DNA from: an uncultured virus (IMG/VR IMGVR_UViG_3300033067_001144)
Taxonomy: Duplodnaviria > Heunggongvirae > Uroviricota > Caudoviricetes
DNA length: 20,000 bases
Reading direction: 5' to 3' (one strand)
Virus record (IMG/VR): IMGVR_UViG_3300033067_001144
The notes below the pieces were generated by a model, which was not told the origin of the DNA, made no database searches, and was given only the letters and a program-made list of their open reading frames with translations. Positions within the stretch are counted from its first letter, which is position 1; every line of letters starts with the position of its first letter. Positions 1-8,778 of the stretch are shown here, piece after piece. The translations under genes were made by a program, and so were the position numbers.

Positions 1-224
1 CTCTTCACGACTCGGGCTCTCCCGAAGTACGAGAGCAGCGTAGGGAACAGTACCTGCGCGATTTGGAACGTGACGTTCCTTTCCTCGTCTCTCAGCTTCG
101 AGAGGTTCGTAGTCGGACTCCCCCGGCCCAGCCTACCAGCGCAGCGGAAGTCCCCGCTCCGCGTGTGGACAAGTTCTCGTGGGGCGAAGGTTCCCACACG
201 AGCTACTTGAAGAAGACGGCCTGA
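1..224 (+). CDS. Partial hypothetical protein (3' end)
   Basis: Frame 3 is open from the window start (LHDSGSPEVREQRREQYLRDLERD...SYLKKTA) to TGA at 222-224 and is followed by a hairpin. Confidence 0.6.
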   Translation, partial: LHDSGSPEVREQRREQYLRDLERDVPFLVSQLREVRSRTPPAQPTSAAEVPAPRVDKFSWGEGSHTSYLKKTA

Positions 225-227
225 CCT

Positions 228-278
228 ACGAAGGCTCCCCTGTACCTCTGTAAAAGGAGGGTGCGGGGGAGCCTTCGT
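228..278 (+). terminator. Long intergenic hairpin (terminator-like or regulatory)
   Basis: ACGAAGGCTCCCC pairs with GGGGAGCCTTCGT and extends to ~20 bp with G-U pairs. The U-tail (CATTT) is weak. Confidence 0.55.
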
Positions 279-285
279 CATTTCC

Positions 286-924
286 ATGACCCAGACCCCC
301 GAAAGATGCCTTGCCATGCACAACTTCACGACGAAATCCGAAGTGCGCGTCCATTCATACGCGCACGACTTGAACGTTGAAGTAACGGCTACCTCCAAAC
401 CGTCCGGTACCATGCACTACGAGTGGGTCGTCCGTGACGCTCAGGGCGTGATTACACATGGCCCGTTCCCTTTCGACGCTGAGGACAACGTGCTCCCCGC
501 GCGTCATGCCACCATGATGAAGTCGGTCTACAACGTCATCGACGCGTACGTCGGTAGTATCCTTCGAGCCCGCGTCGAAGCTCCCGACGGAGGGTGGCTG
601 CCCACCAACAACGCGTCGTCCTGGCGGAAGACGTTCCAGGCTCCCATGGAGCTGACGGCCATTGTACAGGCCCCACGACGCGCAGACGACCCCGCGCAGC
701 TCGTAGTAATCAGCCCTGAGGAAGAGGAAATCCTCAGCACGTCGCTGGCTTCAACCTCTTCTGCGATGCGGCTTGCGAACCGCGTCGTTCCTGTCGTCGC
801 AGAGGAGCTGTTGATCGCACGAACGCGCATCGCAACCAAAGTTCTCGACATGGGCCTTCCTCCGGCCGCGCTGCTGTTTGGAAGCGGGATTCAGACGTGG
901 GCCAAGCACGACCCCACACGGTAG
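286..924 (+). CDS. Hypothetical protein
   Basis: 212-aa ORF (start may be ATG 316). Its TAG stop overlaps the GTG of the next gene. No family recognised. Confidence 0.7.
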   Translation: MTQTPERCLAMHNFTTKSEVRVHSYAHDLNVEVTATSKPSGTMHYEWVVRDAQGVITHGPFPFDAEDNVLPARHATMMKSVYNVIDAYVGSILRARVEAPDGGWLPTNNASSWRKTFQAPMELTAIVQAPRRADDPAQLVVISPEEEEILSTSLASTSSAMRLANRVVPVVAEELLIARTRIATKVLDMGLPPAALLFGSGIQTWAKHDPTR

Positions 925-1415
925 TGCTTCGTGTTCTCGTCGTGACCGCTTCTCGTCGCTTGCTCGACACCCCCAAAGCCCGCGCGTGGTTCGAGCGTCG
1001 GTTGCGCAGGGCCCTTCGTCGCTACGATGTGCTTGTGACCGGAGACGCGAGCAGCGACAAAGTAGCCATCACGATTGCCGAACGGTTGAAGCTTCCTTGG
1101 TACAGCTTTGCTTTAGACGGCTGCATCTACAGCAACGGCCTCCTTCCCGATTCCATCCTTCAGCTCCCTGATCGCTGGACCACCGCTACGCCTCGGACAG
1201 ACCATGGCTGGCCTCTCGTCCGAAATAAGGCCATGGTGGAAGCCATGCGGGACCTTTTGGTTGCTTCCTTGTTCCCTGCTCGGGGACTTGACCTCACGCT
1301 CAAGATGCTGGGCCTGCGCTGCCCTTGGGCTACGCGGCACGGCACCGAGCACACATTGGGCCTGTGCGACTTCGCGAAACGCGTTCGTACCTGCCCTGCC
1401 CGCTACTCACCCTGA
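924..1415 (+). CDS. SLOG-superfamily protein (DUF2493/YspA-like)
   Basis: Motif order VLVVTASR ... VLVTGDASSD ... PLVRNKAMV ... GTEHT matches the SLOG pattern (VxGSR, GxAxGxD, RNxxM, GTxxT). GTG start is coupled to the upstream TAG. Confidence 0.65.
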   Translation: MLRVLVVTASRRLLDTPKARAWFERRLRRALRRYDVLVTGDASSDKVAITIAERLKLPWYSFALDGCIYSNGLLPDSILQLPDRWTTATPRTDHGWPLVRNKAMVEAMRDLLVASLFPARGLDLTLKMLGLRCPWATRHGTEHTLGLCDFAKRVRTCPARYSP

Positions 1416-1429
1416 AAGGAATGGCTACC

Positions 1430-1684
1430 ATGAGCGACGCAGACAACGACTTGCCAGAAGAACAGCTTAAGTGCGACCACGGTGTGACCTTCGATCTCGA
1501 AGAGGCCAAGAAGATTCTGGCAGACGCGGAGACCAAAGGTCCGTACAGCTTCGTGGCGGGATCTCCCGGTCACGGCACGATCCGCAAGCGCTTTCCTCGA
1601 CTCTGCGGCCCCTGCCCGAAGGGCTGCGGTTTCAACGGCATCGCGTACGCCTCCTTCGAGCACTACACGTATGGAGACTGGTGA
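1430..1684 (+). CDS. Small Cys/His-containing hypothetical protein
   Basis: GAAAGGA RBS at 1414-1420. Contains CDH and CGPCPKGC. TGATG overlap with the next gene. Confidence 0.7.
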   Translation: MSDADNDLPEEQLKCDHGVTFDLEEAKKILADAETKGPYSFVAGSPGHGTIRKRFPRLCGPCPKGCGFNGIAYASFEHYTYGDW

Positions 1685-2046
1685 TGAGACGCTTCGAAGA
1701 GCTCTCGAACGAGAGTCTGATTGCAGAATCCAGAAGGTGGGGTGGGGAGATCGTGGAGGAGCTTTCCCTGCGGCTAGAAGCGGCCACTCGTCCGTGGAGG
1801 TTCCATCAGCGAGATATCCCGAAAGGAACGCTCGGAGAACTCTCCAAGGTTCGTGAGGAGCTTGAAGAGGCCGAGGATGCGTTGGAGCAAGGCCAAGAGC
1901 TCATGTTCGCGCTGGAGTGTGCCGACATGATCGGGGCAATTGAAATTGCCGCGCAGAAACGTGGGTTCACACTCGCTCAGCTTCTAGCCTACAAGACACT
2001 ACGATCCCGAATTGCCACGGAGGCAGTCCATGACCACGAAAAGTAA
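1684..2046 (+). CDS. MazG-like (all-alpha NTP pyrophosphatase fold) protein
   Basis: KVREELEEAEDA ... LECADMIGA fits the EExxE...ExxD metal-binding pattern. ATG is coupled to the upstream stop. Confidence 0.6.
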   Translation: MRRFEELSNESLIAESRRWGGEIVEELSLRLEAATRPWRFHQRDIPKGTLGELSKVREELEEAEDALEQGQELMFALECADMIGAIEIAAQKRGFTLAQLLAYKTLRSRIATEAVHDHEK

Positions 2047-2767
2047 ATCAGCTCTGCAGGACCACGAGCAGAGTGTCGTGAACGGAGTTAGGTCGAGGTC
2101 TGACGCCATTGTCGACAGCATGGCTGCAATGGTTCACCATGAGGCTAAGACCATTCTGCGGGACGCTGGCTTCTCGGAGCTTCCGTACCTTCCAACCTTG
2201 ATCCGCTCCGAAGTGATGGAGCGGCAAGGAACCGTGCCTGAAGATCGCGTCTTTCGCGTGAGCCCTACGCACGTTCTGACAGGTTCGGCTGAGCAGTCAT
2301 ATCTCGATATGATCATGGGGCTGGACGTTACTCCGTGGGGCCCAAGCGACGGGCCCGAGGTCTATCGGCACTTCGCGACAACGCAATGTTACCGTCGAGA
2401 GCCTTGCCCTCAAGGCCTGCACACGCTCTACGAGTTCACGAAGACCGAGCAAATTGGACTGGCAGAGCGGCCAGCCGACGCGATGGACCTCCTCGACCAG
2501 ATGATCTTTAACAGTGAGAAGCTGTGCCGAGAATACAAGATCAAGACACGGCTCGTCGACAACAGCCGCGGAATGCCATCGTACGCAACACGCTCCTGCG
2601 ACCTTGAGGCGGAGACTCAAGCCTACGGCTGGATGGAGATCGGCACCTACACGAACTTCGGCACGGGCCAGAGCCAGCGGTTTGGCTGGACCGGAATGCC
2701 TTACTCCGTGTTTGGTACGATGGTAGCGACACCTCGCTTCCTGATCCCTCTCCTCGAACGCATGTAA
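2030..2767 (+). CDS. Seryl-tRNA synthetase-like protein, class II catalytic core only (245 aa)
   Basis: GGAGG RBS. Motifs LTGSAEQ (TxE loop), CYRRE...GL...EFTKTEQ (motif 2), DLEA...WMEIGTYTN...QSQR and GTMVATPR (motif 3) are collinear with SerRS. No N-terminal coiled-coil arm. Confidence 0.8.
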   Translation: MTTKSKSALQDHEQSVVNGVRSRSDAIVDSMAAMVHHEAKTILRDAGFSELPYLPTLIRSEVMERQGTVPEDRVFRVSPTHVLTGSAEQSYLDMIMGLDVTPWGPSDGPEVYRHFATTQCYRREPCPQGLHTLYEFTKTEQIGLAERPADAMDLLDQMIFNSEKLCREYKIKTRLVDNSRGMPSYATRSCDLEAETQAYGWMEIGTYTNFGTGQSQRFGWTGMPYSVFGTMVATPRFLIPLLERM

Positions 2768-2782
2768 CCGAAAGACACGACC

Positions 2783-3076
2783 ATGAGCATTCTCGGACCC
2801 ATCCTCGACTGGATCGACTCGCTCTCTTCCAAGCGGACGTTTGAGGTGACGATGCCGGAGAGCGTCTACGCTCGCCTGGAGCACATTCGCGCACTTACAC
2901 ACTCCCACTCCGTTACTAGCGTGGTGCGCAAAGCCCTGACACTGTACGACACGCTCGTTCCGTTCGCGAAAGACCCCGCGTTCACGATCACCATTCGTCA
3001 CAAGGACGGTTTGGAGCGAGAGCTCCGACTCGATGACGAGGCCTTCTTCGTTATCATCGTCAAGAACGCAAACTGA
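2783..3076 (+). CDS. Ribbon-helix-helix (CopG-like) DNA-binding protein
   Basis: RTFEVTMPESVYARLEHIR...SVTSVVRKALTLY gives a beta strand plus two helices with the RHH hydrophobic pattern. Confidence 0.6.
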   Translation: MSILGPILDWIDSLSSKRTFEVTMPESVYARLEHIRALTHSHSVTSVVRKALTLYDTLVPFAKDPAFTITIRHKDGLERELRLDDEAFFVIIVKNAN

Positions 3077-3087
3077 AAGGTACAGCC

Positions 3088-4557
3088 ATGAAGACCTTTG
3101 CTATCCGCCTTGGGTTCGCGTGCAACAGCTCCAGCACGCACAGCATCCTCCTGCTCAACGACGCGAGTGGCCTGGAGACCATCCCTAGTTACGGCTTTGG
3201 GGACTACGGCTGGGACTGCTTTCAGCTCGTCACACGACAAGACAAGTCGGACTACCTCGCGGCTCAGATGCTGAGCACGCTGCAGACGTTCAAACAGGCT
3301 GGTCAGTTCCCGATGATGGTCCAAGAGCTGTTGCCAGAGGCAACCTCCATTCCTATGAAGGAGGATGGGTCCTACGAGTACGGCTACGGCGTCGACCACC
3401 AGTCGGTGCGATCGTTCCCCGTCTCGTGGGACGAGACGATGTTGCACTTGGACTGGTTTCGAAGCTTCCGGGACTTCGTACTCGGACCGAACGTCGTTAT
3501 CACGGGAGGCAACGACAACGGAGATGAGAAGGAGTCGATTCCTGCCGAGAATCGACCCAAGCGGAACATCGCTCCGTATTCACCGCTGGACGATCGGAAC
3601 AGCCATGGCGTAGCTCGCTACGACGCACCCTCCGACAGTTGGGTGCTGTTCAATCGATCAACTGGCTTTCGTGTTCGTATGACCTTCAACGACACGCTGC
3701 CCGAGATCGTCTACTCGGAGACCCCTGAGCTAGTGGATGTGAAGATCACGGACAAGTGCGACACGGGTTGCACGTACTGCTACATGGGAAGCACTCCGAG
3801 TGGGGCTCACGCGTCCAACGCGGCCCTCGACAAGCTGGCCAAGGAGCTGGCTGAGATGCGAGTGTTGGAGGTTGCTATTGGTGGCGGAGAAGCAACTCTG
3901 CACCCGTACCTTTCGGTGTTCGCGCAGTCCCTCCGCTCGAACCATGTCGTGCCAAACATCACGACGCGCAACGTCGACTTCGTGCTGGGCCTCGTCAAAG
4001 ATCGTGGTCCGTGGGGTGCCGTCGCGTTCTCAGTCGACACCGCGGAGCAGGTTACGGCCCTTGCGGAACTTGTGGAAGCGACCCGTAAGAGCAGCGGGAC
4101 GGATCGCTACGCTCCGAGCATCTCGATCTCGATCCAATACGTCGTCGGTCTGACGACGAACGAGGCCATCCTTCGAGGAATCTTCAAGGCGTGCAGGGAC
4201 GCTCGCTTCCGCATCACACTCTTGGGCTACAAAACCACGGGCCGTGGGTTGCTCTTCAAGCAGAAAGCAGCGCTTGACTGGTTCCACGTTGCTAAGAAAG
4301 AGAACATGACGCATCTCCTCGGCATCGACACGACCCTGGCTCGCGTCCACGTCGAGGGCCTCGTGCAGAAGGGGGTCGACCCTCGCACCATCACGCAGCA
4401 CGAAGGGCAGTTTTCGTGCTACGTCGACGCGGTAGCGGGCCGCATGCGCATGAGCTCCTACGACAATCAAGAGGGCATCGACATCACGAAGCGCTCCCTC
4501 CACGACGCCTGGGACATGCTCCACGGAAAAGACCCGTCTGCAGGGGATGCCTCGTGA
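3088..4557 (+). CDS. Radical SAM protein with an extra N-terminal domain
   Basis: CDTGCTYCY (CxxxCxxC), VAIGGGEAT, NITT and AFS motifs. The N-terminal ~200 aa begin IRLGFACNSSSTHS. GAAAGG RBS. Confidence 0.9.
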   Translation: MKTFAIRLGFACNSSSTHSILLLNDASGLETIPSYGFGDYGWDCFQLVTRQDKSDYLAAQMLSTLQTFKQAGQFPMMVQELLPEATSIPMKEDGSYEYGYGVDHQSVRSFPVSWDETMLHLDWFRSFRDFVLGPNVVITGGNDNGDEKESIPAENRPKRNIAPYSPLDDRNSHGVARYDAPSDSWVLFNRSTGFRVRMTFNDTLPEIVYSETPELVDVKITDKCDTGCTYCYMGSTPSGAHASNAALDKLAKELAEMRVLEVAIGGGEATLHPYLSVFAQSLRSNHVVPNITTRNVDFVLGLVKDRGPWGAVAFSVDTAEQVTALAELVEATRKSSGTDRYAPSISISIQYVVGLTTNEAILRGIFKACRDARFRITLLGYKTTGRGLLFKQKAALDWFHVAKKENMTHLLGIDTTLARVHVEGLVQKGVDPRTITQHEGQFSCYVDAVAGRMRMSSYDNQEGIDITKRSLHDAWDMLHGKDPSAGDAS

Positions 4558-5465
4558 CGCTGGACGAAGAAATCGCGTTCGTTCGCGAAGCGGATCGCAT
4601 CCTTTCCCGTTGGTCCGCTCTCGACGGGTTGAACAAGTACGATAAGCCCTATCGAGGAGACGAGCAGCACGAGATTCTCGTTCACGATCATCGCGAGCAT
4701 TGGTGGGCCTTCGTACCCCATGAGTACGACAGCCAACTCCTCCTCTTTCGCTCGAAGGAAGAAGCGGAGCGAGGGTTCCTCTCGGAACGAGCCTTTGGGC
4801 CCTGCGCCAATGGCTTCGCTCAGGCTCTTAAGGTCTACGAAGAGCCCGAGTTTCGGTCTGACGAGGATGGCATCCTTAAGCTGTCGAGTCGTAATAGGAG
4901 TACACATTACATCGTCCTTCGACGGGACCATTGGGTTCCCTGGCACGTGTCGACCGAGGCACTAGGCATCGACGACACGTTTCACAGACGGTCCTTTCTG
5001 GACCTGACGGAAGCGCGTTCCCTCTTGGCTGGACTGATCGCACAGCACGGGGCTGATCGTGTGCGGCAAGCTATGTTCGCGCACTTCTACAGTAAGGGTC
5101 GCGACGAGGAACCTATGTTCCTGGAGGAGTTCGATACGGATGACCTATTGGTGTCGTACGACGCCTACAAGCTCGTCGCTCAGCTCGCGACGCATCCTCG
5201 CATGCAGGTTGAATGGGCCGCGCTTCAGGAGGAGAAGGGCAACGACATCCCTACGGAGCTTCGCGTGCTGCTCGACAAGGCTTCGTACTACGCAGATCTC
5301 ATCGGTCGTCCGCTGGATTTGGAGATCGAAGTCTCAAAGCCCTCGGACGTGAAGCTTCCCGAAGTCTCTCGCTGGATTCGACCGCTGGAAATCCCGTACG
5401 AGGATGTACGACGCGGAGACTCGTACTTAGGCGAGGATGTGCCTTCGGAGACAACCGATGAATGA
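4554..5465 (+). CDS. Hypothetical protein (303 aa)
   Basis: GTGA start/stop overlap with the radical SAM gene and an AGGGGA RBS. Acidic, no family recognised. Confidence 0.7.
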   Translation: MTLDEEIAFVREADRILSRWSALDGLNKYDKPYRGDEQHEILVHDHREHWWAFVPHEYDSQLLLFRSKEEAERGFLSERAFGPCANGFAQALKVYEEPEFRSDEDGILKLSSRNRSTHYIVLRRDHWVPWHVSTEALGIDDTFHRRSFLDLTEARSLLAGLIAQHGADRVRQAMFAHFYSKGRDEEPMFLEEFDTDDLLVSYDAYKLVAQLATHPRMQVEWAALQEEKGNDIPTELRVLLDKASYYADLIGRPLDLEIEVSKPSDVKLPEVSRWIRPLEIPYEDVRRGDSYLGEDVPSETTDE

Positions 5466-6015
5466 CAAGCTCCCCGTGAAGCTTCGACAAGAGACGTACA
5501 CGTATCTCGCGTGCCCCTACAAGGGATGCGAGGGAGAGCACAGTATTGGGCATCTCCTGAATGGACGAGCTTGTTCATTCGGTCCGTGGTCCTGCCAGGA
5601 ATGTGGACGAATGTTTGGCGGGTCTGTTACGGTCGACGGGACGATCACGGTCGAAGAGCGACCAGGGACCATGCAGGAAGGCCTCGTGTTATTGCGGCTA
5701 CAGCGACCCGAAGGACCCTTGTATCTCGTCGTGCACGACCGTTATTTCCCTCCGTTGGAGGAAGGAGAGACCGAAAACGATCGCTTCGACCGGAAACGAT
5801 TCTACTATGAAGAGCACACATGCCCGACCAACTACATCCCGATCTACGACATTCTCGCTCCCGAAGACGTCGATCCGCATGGGGCCTTTGAGTTCGTAGG
5901 TCTCAGCCGCCCCTACGCTCCGGAGGAATTGGCTCGTGGCAGCGAGGAAGAGCGGTACGCGCAGATTCGGGAGCTGTTCCGCAATCTTGGCGTCCCCTAT
6001 CCGGGGAACGGCTAA
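5458..6015 (+). CDS. Hypothetical protein with a zinc-ribbon-like N-terminus
   Basis: CPYKGC...CQECG, then YYEEHTCPTN. GGAG RBS, overlaps the upstream stop. Confidence 0.7.
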   Translation: MNDKLPVKLRQETYTYLACPYKGCEGEHSIGHLLNGRACSFGPWSCQECGRMFGGSVTVDGTITVEERPGTMQEGLVLLRLQRPEGPLYLVVHDRYFPPLEEGETENDRFDRKRFYYEEHTCPTNYIPIYDILAPEDVDPHGAFEFVGLSRPYAPEELARGSEEERYAQIRELFRNLGVPYPGNG

Positions 6016-6038
6016 TCCACGCACGCAAGGTACCTTTG

Positions 6039-6070
6039 GTGGGGTGGGGTTCAGTCGAGCCCCACCCCAC
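6039..6070 (+). terminator. GC-rich hairpin (terminator-like or regulatory)
   Basis: GTGGGGTGGGGTTC-AGTC-GAGCCCCACCCCAC forms a 14-bp stem with one G-U pair, followed by ACGTGTTT. Confidence 0.55.
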
Positions 6071-6101
6071 ACGTGTTTCCCAAACCTATGGACGAATCTG
6101 C

Positions 6102-7730
6102 ATGAAGAAGTCGCTGCGCAAAGCCATTCAAGCCCACACCGAACGCGAGGTACCCTGCACCGAGAACGGTCTCTACCACGAGGTGATTCACGGTAAGTCA
6201 CACCGTGTGCTGCGCTCCCTTCCCGACCACTGCATTGACGCGTATGTGACGGACCCTCCGGCGGGCATCGAGTTCATGCAAACATCGTGGGATAGTTTTG
6301 GAGGTCGCAACGAAACAGCGTCAGGCCAACGAGATACTGCGCAGTGGAACGTGAAAGGGAAGGACAGCAAGCACGCGAACATTCCCAAGATGCGTCTGAC
6401 GACGAGCCAGGGCTCCTTTCATAAGGGAGCTCGTGAAGCCTTCATCAAGGCTATGCACAAGGTCTTCAAAGAGGTTCTCCGCGTGCTCAAGCCGGGGGCC
6501 TACGCGCTCGTGTGGGCCATTCCTCGTACGTCCCATTGGACGACCACCGCCTTGGAAGACGCTGGCTTCGAGATTCGAGACATTCTCACGCACGTTAATG
6601 TCCAGGGCATGCCAAAGGGGCAAGACCTGGGTCGTATGATCGATCGGAAGCTCGGGAACGAGCGGAAGGTTATTGGTGTCAAAGAAAGCCACAAAGCCCT
6701 GGTCACCAAAGAGGGCAAAGTCCACGACATCGGTAAGAGCCGCAATCAGAAGGCTGCTACGAAGGCGTGGGTAACGCAGCCCCTCAAGACCGCCCCAGCT
6801 TCCTCTCTCGCGGCTAAGTGGGATGGATGGAGCACGACGCTCAAGCCGTGCGGAGAGCACTGGATTCTTGCCCGCGCTCCCATCTCTGAGGGGACGACGG
6901 TCGCGAACGTCCTCGCGCATGGAACGGGTGCCCTCAACATCGACGCCTGCCGTGTCCGTTTCCAATCGGCCGAAGATCAAAAGCAAGCCTCACCACGTCC
7001 GTCTCGGCTACCAAAGCAGGGGTATAACAGTGAGAAGTACGCTCGCTGTGGTCATAAATCTGAGGAAGCCCGAGAAAAATATGACGAGCGTGCACTGGAG
7101 CCCTCCAGAGGACGTTGGCCTCCGAACTTCATGCTGTCCCACCACCCTGCCTGCAAAGCCGCCGGCACGAAGAAGGTGAAGGTCGGCACCGCCTACGAGC
7201 CCAAGAAGGGTTCCGACATGCCGCGTGCCGTGTACGGGAAGTCCAAGACTATGGGCCGCACCGTGACCCACGGAGACGGGTCGGGCACGGAGTCCGTACC
7301 AGCCTGGAAGTGCCACGAAGACTGCCCTGTGCGACATCTTGAAGCCCAAGGCCTCGGGACCTCCCGCTCGTTCCCTCAATTCACCTTCGACCCCGTGTAC
7401 GATGTTCCGTTCGGCTTTCACAGCAAGCCCTCCCGCTCTGAGAAGAATCATCAAGGACAAGTCGAGAACCATCACCCCACGGTCAAGAGCTTGGGATTGT
7501 GTTGTTGGCTGGTGTCTCTCCTTGTTCGCCCTGGAGGCACGGTGCTGGACACCTTTTGTGGGTCTGGGACGATGGGGTGTTCGTCACTCCTAAAAGGAGT
7601 CCACTTTCTAGGGATAGAACAGGACGAGAGCTTCGTGAAGCTTAGCAGGAGACGGCTCAAACTCACCGCAAAAGAGCTGCAAGGGGAGCGTACTCCCCTG
7701 AAGATGCAAGCTCTTTTCAAAGAGGACTAA
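6102..7730 (+). CDS. DNA methyltransferase, N6-adenine/N4-cytosine family (beta-class motif order)
   Basis: Catalytic motif IV variant VTDPPAG near the N-terminus, EVLRVLKPG, HPTVK, and the SAM-binding VLDTFCGSGT...GIE at the C-terminus. Confidence 0.92.
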   Translation: MKKSLRKAIQAHTEREVPCTENGLYHEVIHGKSHRVLRSLPDHCIDAYVTDPPAGIEFMQTSWDSFGGRNETASGQRDTAQWNVKGKDSKHANIPKMRLTTSQGSFHKGAREAFIKAMHKVFKEVLRVLKPGAYALVWAIPRTSHWTTTALEDAGFEIRDILTHVNVQGMPKGQDLGRMIDRKLGNERKVIGVKESHKALVTKEGKVHDIGKSRNQKAATKAWVTQPLKTAPASSLAAKWDGWSTTLKPCGEHWILARAPISEGTTVANVLAHGTGALNIDACRVRFQSAEDQKQASPRPSRLPKQGYNSEKYARCGHKSEEAREKYDERALEPSRGRWPPNFMLSHHPACKAAGTKKVKVGTAYEPKKGSDMPRAVYGKSKTMGRTVTHGDGSGTESVPAWKCHEDCPVRHLEAQGLGTSRSFPQFTFDPVYDVPFGFHSKPSRSEKNHQGQVENHHPTVKSLGLCCWLVSLLVRPGGTVLDTFCGSGTMGCSSLLKGVHFLGIEQDESFVKLSRRRLKLTAKELQGERTPLKMQALFKED

Positions 7731-8778
7731 AGAGCCCTCTTGATCGCAGCCAGGATACGCTTTCGTACCCAAGCCCCTCGCTTGCGGAAGTCGGATTCGA
7801 AAAAGCGTACAACCTGATACCCACACGCTTCCATGTACTTGTCCTGGCTACGATCTAACTTCATCCTTTTCTTCTGGCGATCGTCCAGCGCTTCTTTCGG
7901 GAAGAGCTTTGGATTCCCGTGCCAGTAATCTCCGTCGAACTGAATCACAAGTTTGCGCTTGGGTACGAACGCGTCAACGCAGAACTTTCCCTTGAAGAGA
8001 TGCTGGGCCTCATACCGTATTTCCAAGCCATCTAGCATCTCATACGCCTCAACCTCGAACTTGTTCGGGCCTTTAGCCTCTTGTTGCTTCTGATTCATGT
8101 CCAGAAGGTGTCTCTTAACCTTCGGGCTGGCGTCCCTGCATTTTAGGGAGCAATATTTCCTTTTGACGGAAGGGGAAGTCCAGAACTTTACCTTACACAC
8201 TTTGCACGTGCGTTCCTTCTTCTTTCTTCTCGCGTGTACGCTGCAGCATTCCAAGGAACATGTTAGACTCTTCGCCTCAAGCCTTTGCTTCTTTGCGTAG
8301 AACTCTTCGCCACACACGCAGCAGTTCACGTACCTGCCCGTTCTCTTTCCGGGCTTCGGAGCCCCTGACTCGTAATGGCAGCGAGCTGAGCAGTACGTCC
8401 TGATGCAATTTGTTTGTGTAAATTCTTCTCCACAGGTCGGGCATTCTTTGACTTCCCGCTCATACACGGTCATGCCCTGAGTCATGCACTGCTTGCTGCA
8501 GAACTTTTTATCAGCTCTCGCCTTAGTGGCATAGAACTCCCCTCCGCACTCCGCGCAGTTCTTAGTTCTTCCTGTTTTCCTTCCAGGCCTCGTCCCTGAC
8601 TTGTAGAAGCAAGGCCTAGAGCAGAACACTCTGGCTCTCTGCTTCTTGGTCTTGTCCTTCATAACAACGGCGCACGTCGGGCACTTTTTCATATGATCTC
8701 CAGGAACAGTCAGAGTAATTGCTCTAATGAAATGGATAACCTGTCTAGACAGACAATAAGCCTGGTTGGTCTAGGTCA
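7479..8778. mobile_element. 1300-bp endonuclease cassette carrying a replacement methyltransferase 3' end
   Basis: ACGGTCAA (TVK) occurs at 7479 and again at 8779, each followed by a homologous methyltransferase C-terminus. The segment between is visibly more AT-rich and contains the only convincing minus-strand gene. Confidence 0.75.
7727..8692 (-). CDS. Zinc-finger-repeat plus DUF559/Vsr-like endonuclease (putative free-standing homing endonuclease)
   Basis: Five CxxC...[FYT]CSxxC units, then FCVDAF...LVIQFDGDYWHG...D...GYQVVRFFESD. Very basic. Its stop overlaps the methyltransferase stop. Confidence 0.85.
   Translation of the reverse strand: MKKCPTCAVVMKDKTKKQRARVFCSRPCFYKSGTRPGRKTGRTKNCAECGGEFYATKARADKKFCSKQCMTQGMTVYEREVKECPTCGEEFTQTNCIRTYCSARCHYESGAPKPGKRTGRYVNCCVCGEEFYAKKQRLEAKSLTCSLECCSVHARRKKKERTCKVCKVKFWTSPSVKRKYCSLKCRDASPKVKRHLLDMNQKQQEAKGPNKFEVEAYEMLDGLEIRYEAQHLFKGKFCVDAFVPKRKLVIQFDGDYWHGNPKLFPKEALDDRQKKRMKLDRSQDKYMEACGYQVVRFFESDFRKRGAWVRKRILAAIKRAL

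Noticed and set aside
2030..2767. Canonical serS
   Set aside because: It is far shorter than SerRS, lacks the tRNA-binding arm and has active-site substitutions, so no gene symbol is assigned.
6102..8692. Type II restriction-modification pair
   Set aside because: The nuclease has a zinc-finger plus DUF559 homing-type architecture and lies in an insertion flanked by duplicated methyltransferase ends.
7479..8778. Group I intron or intein in the methyltransferase
   Set aside because: The upstream ORF is complete with its own stop, the endonuclease is antisense, the downstream copy has an in-frame stop, and no intron core or intein splice motifs were seen.
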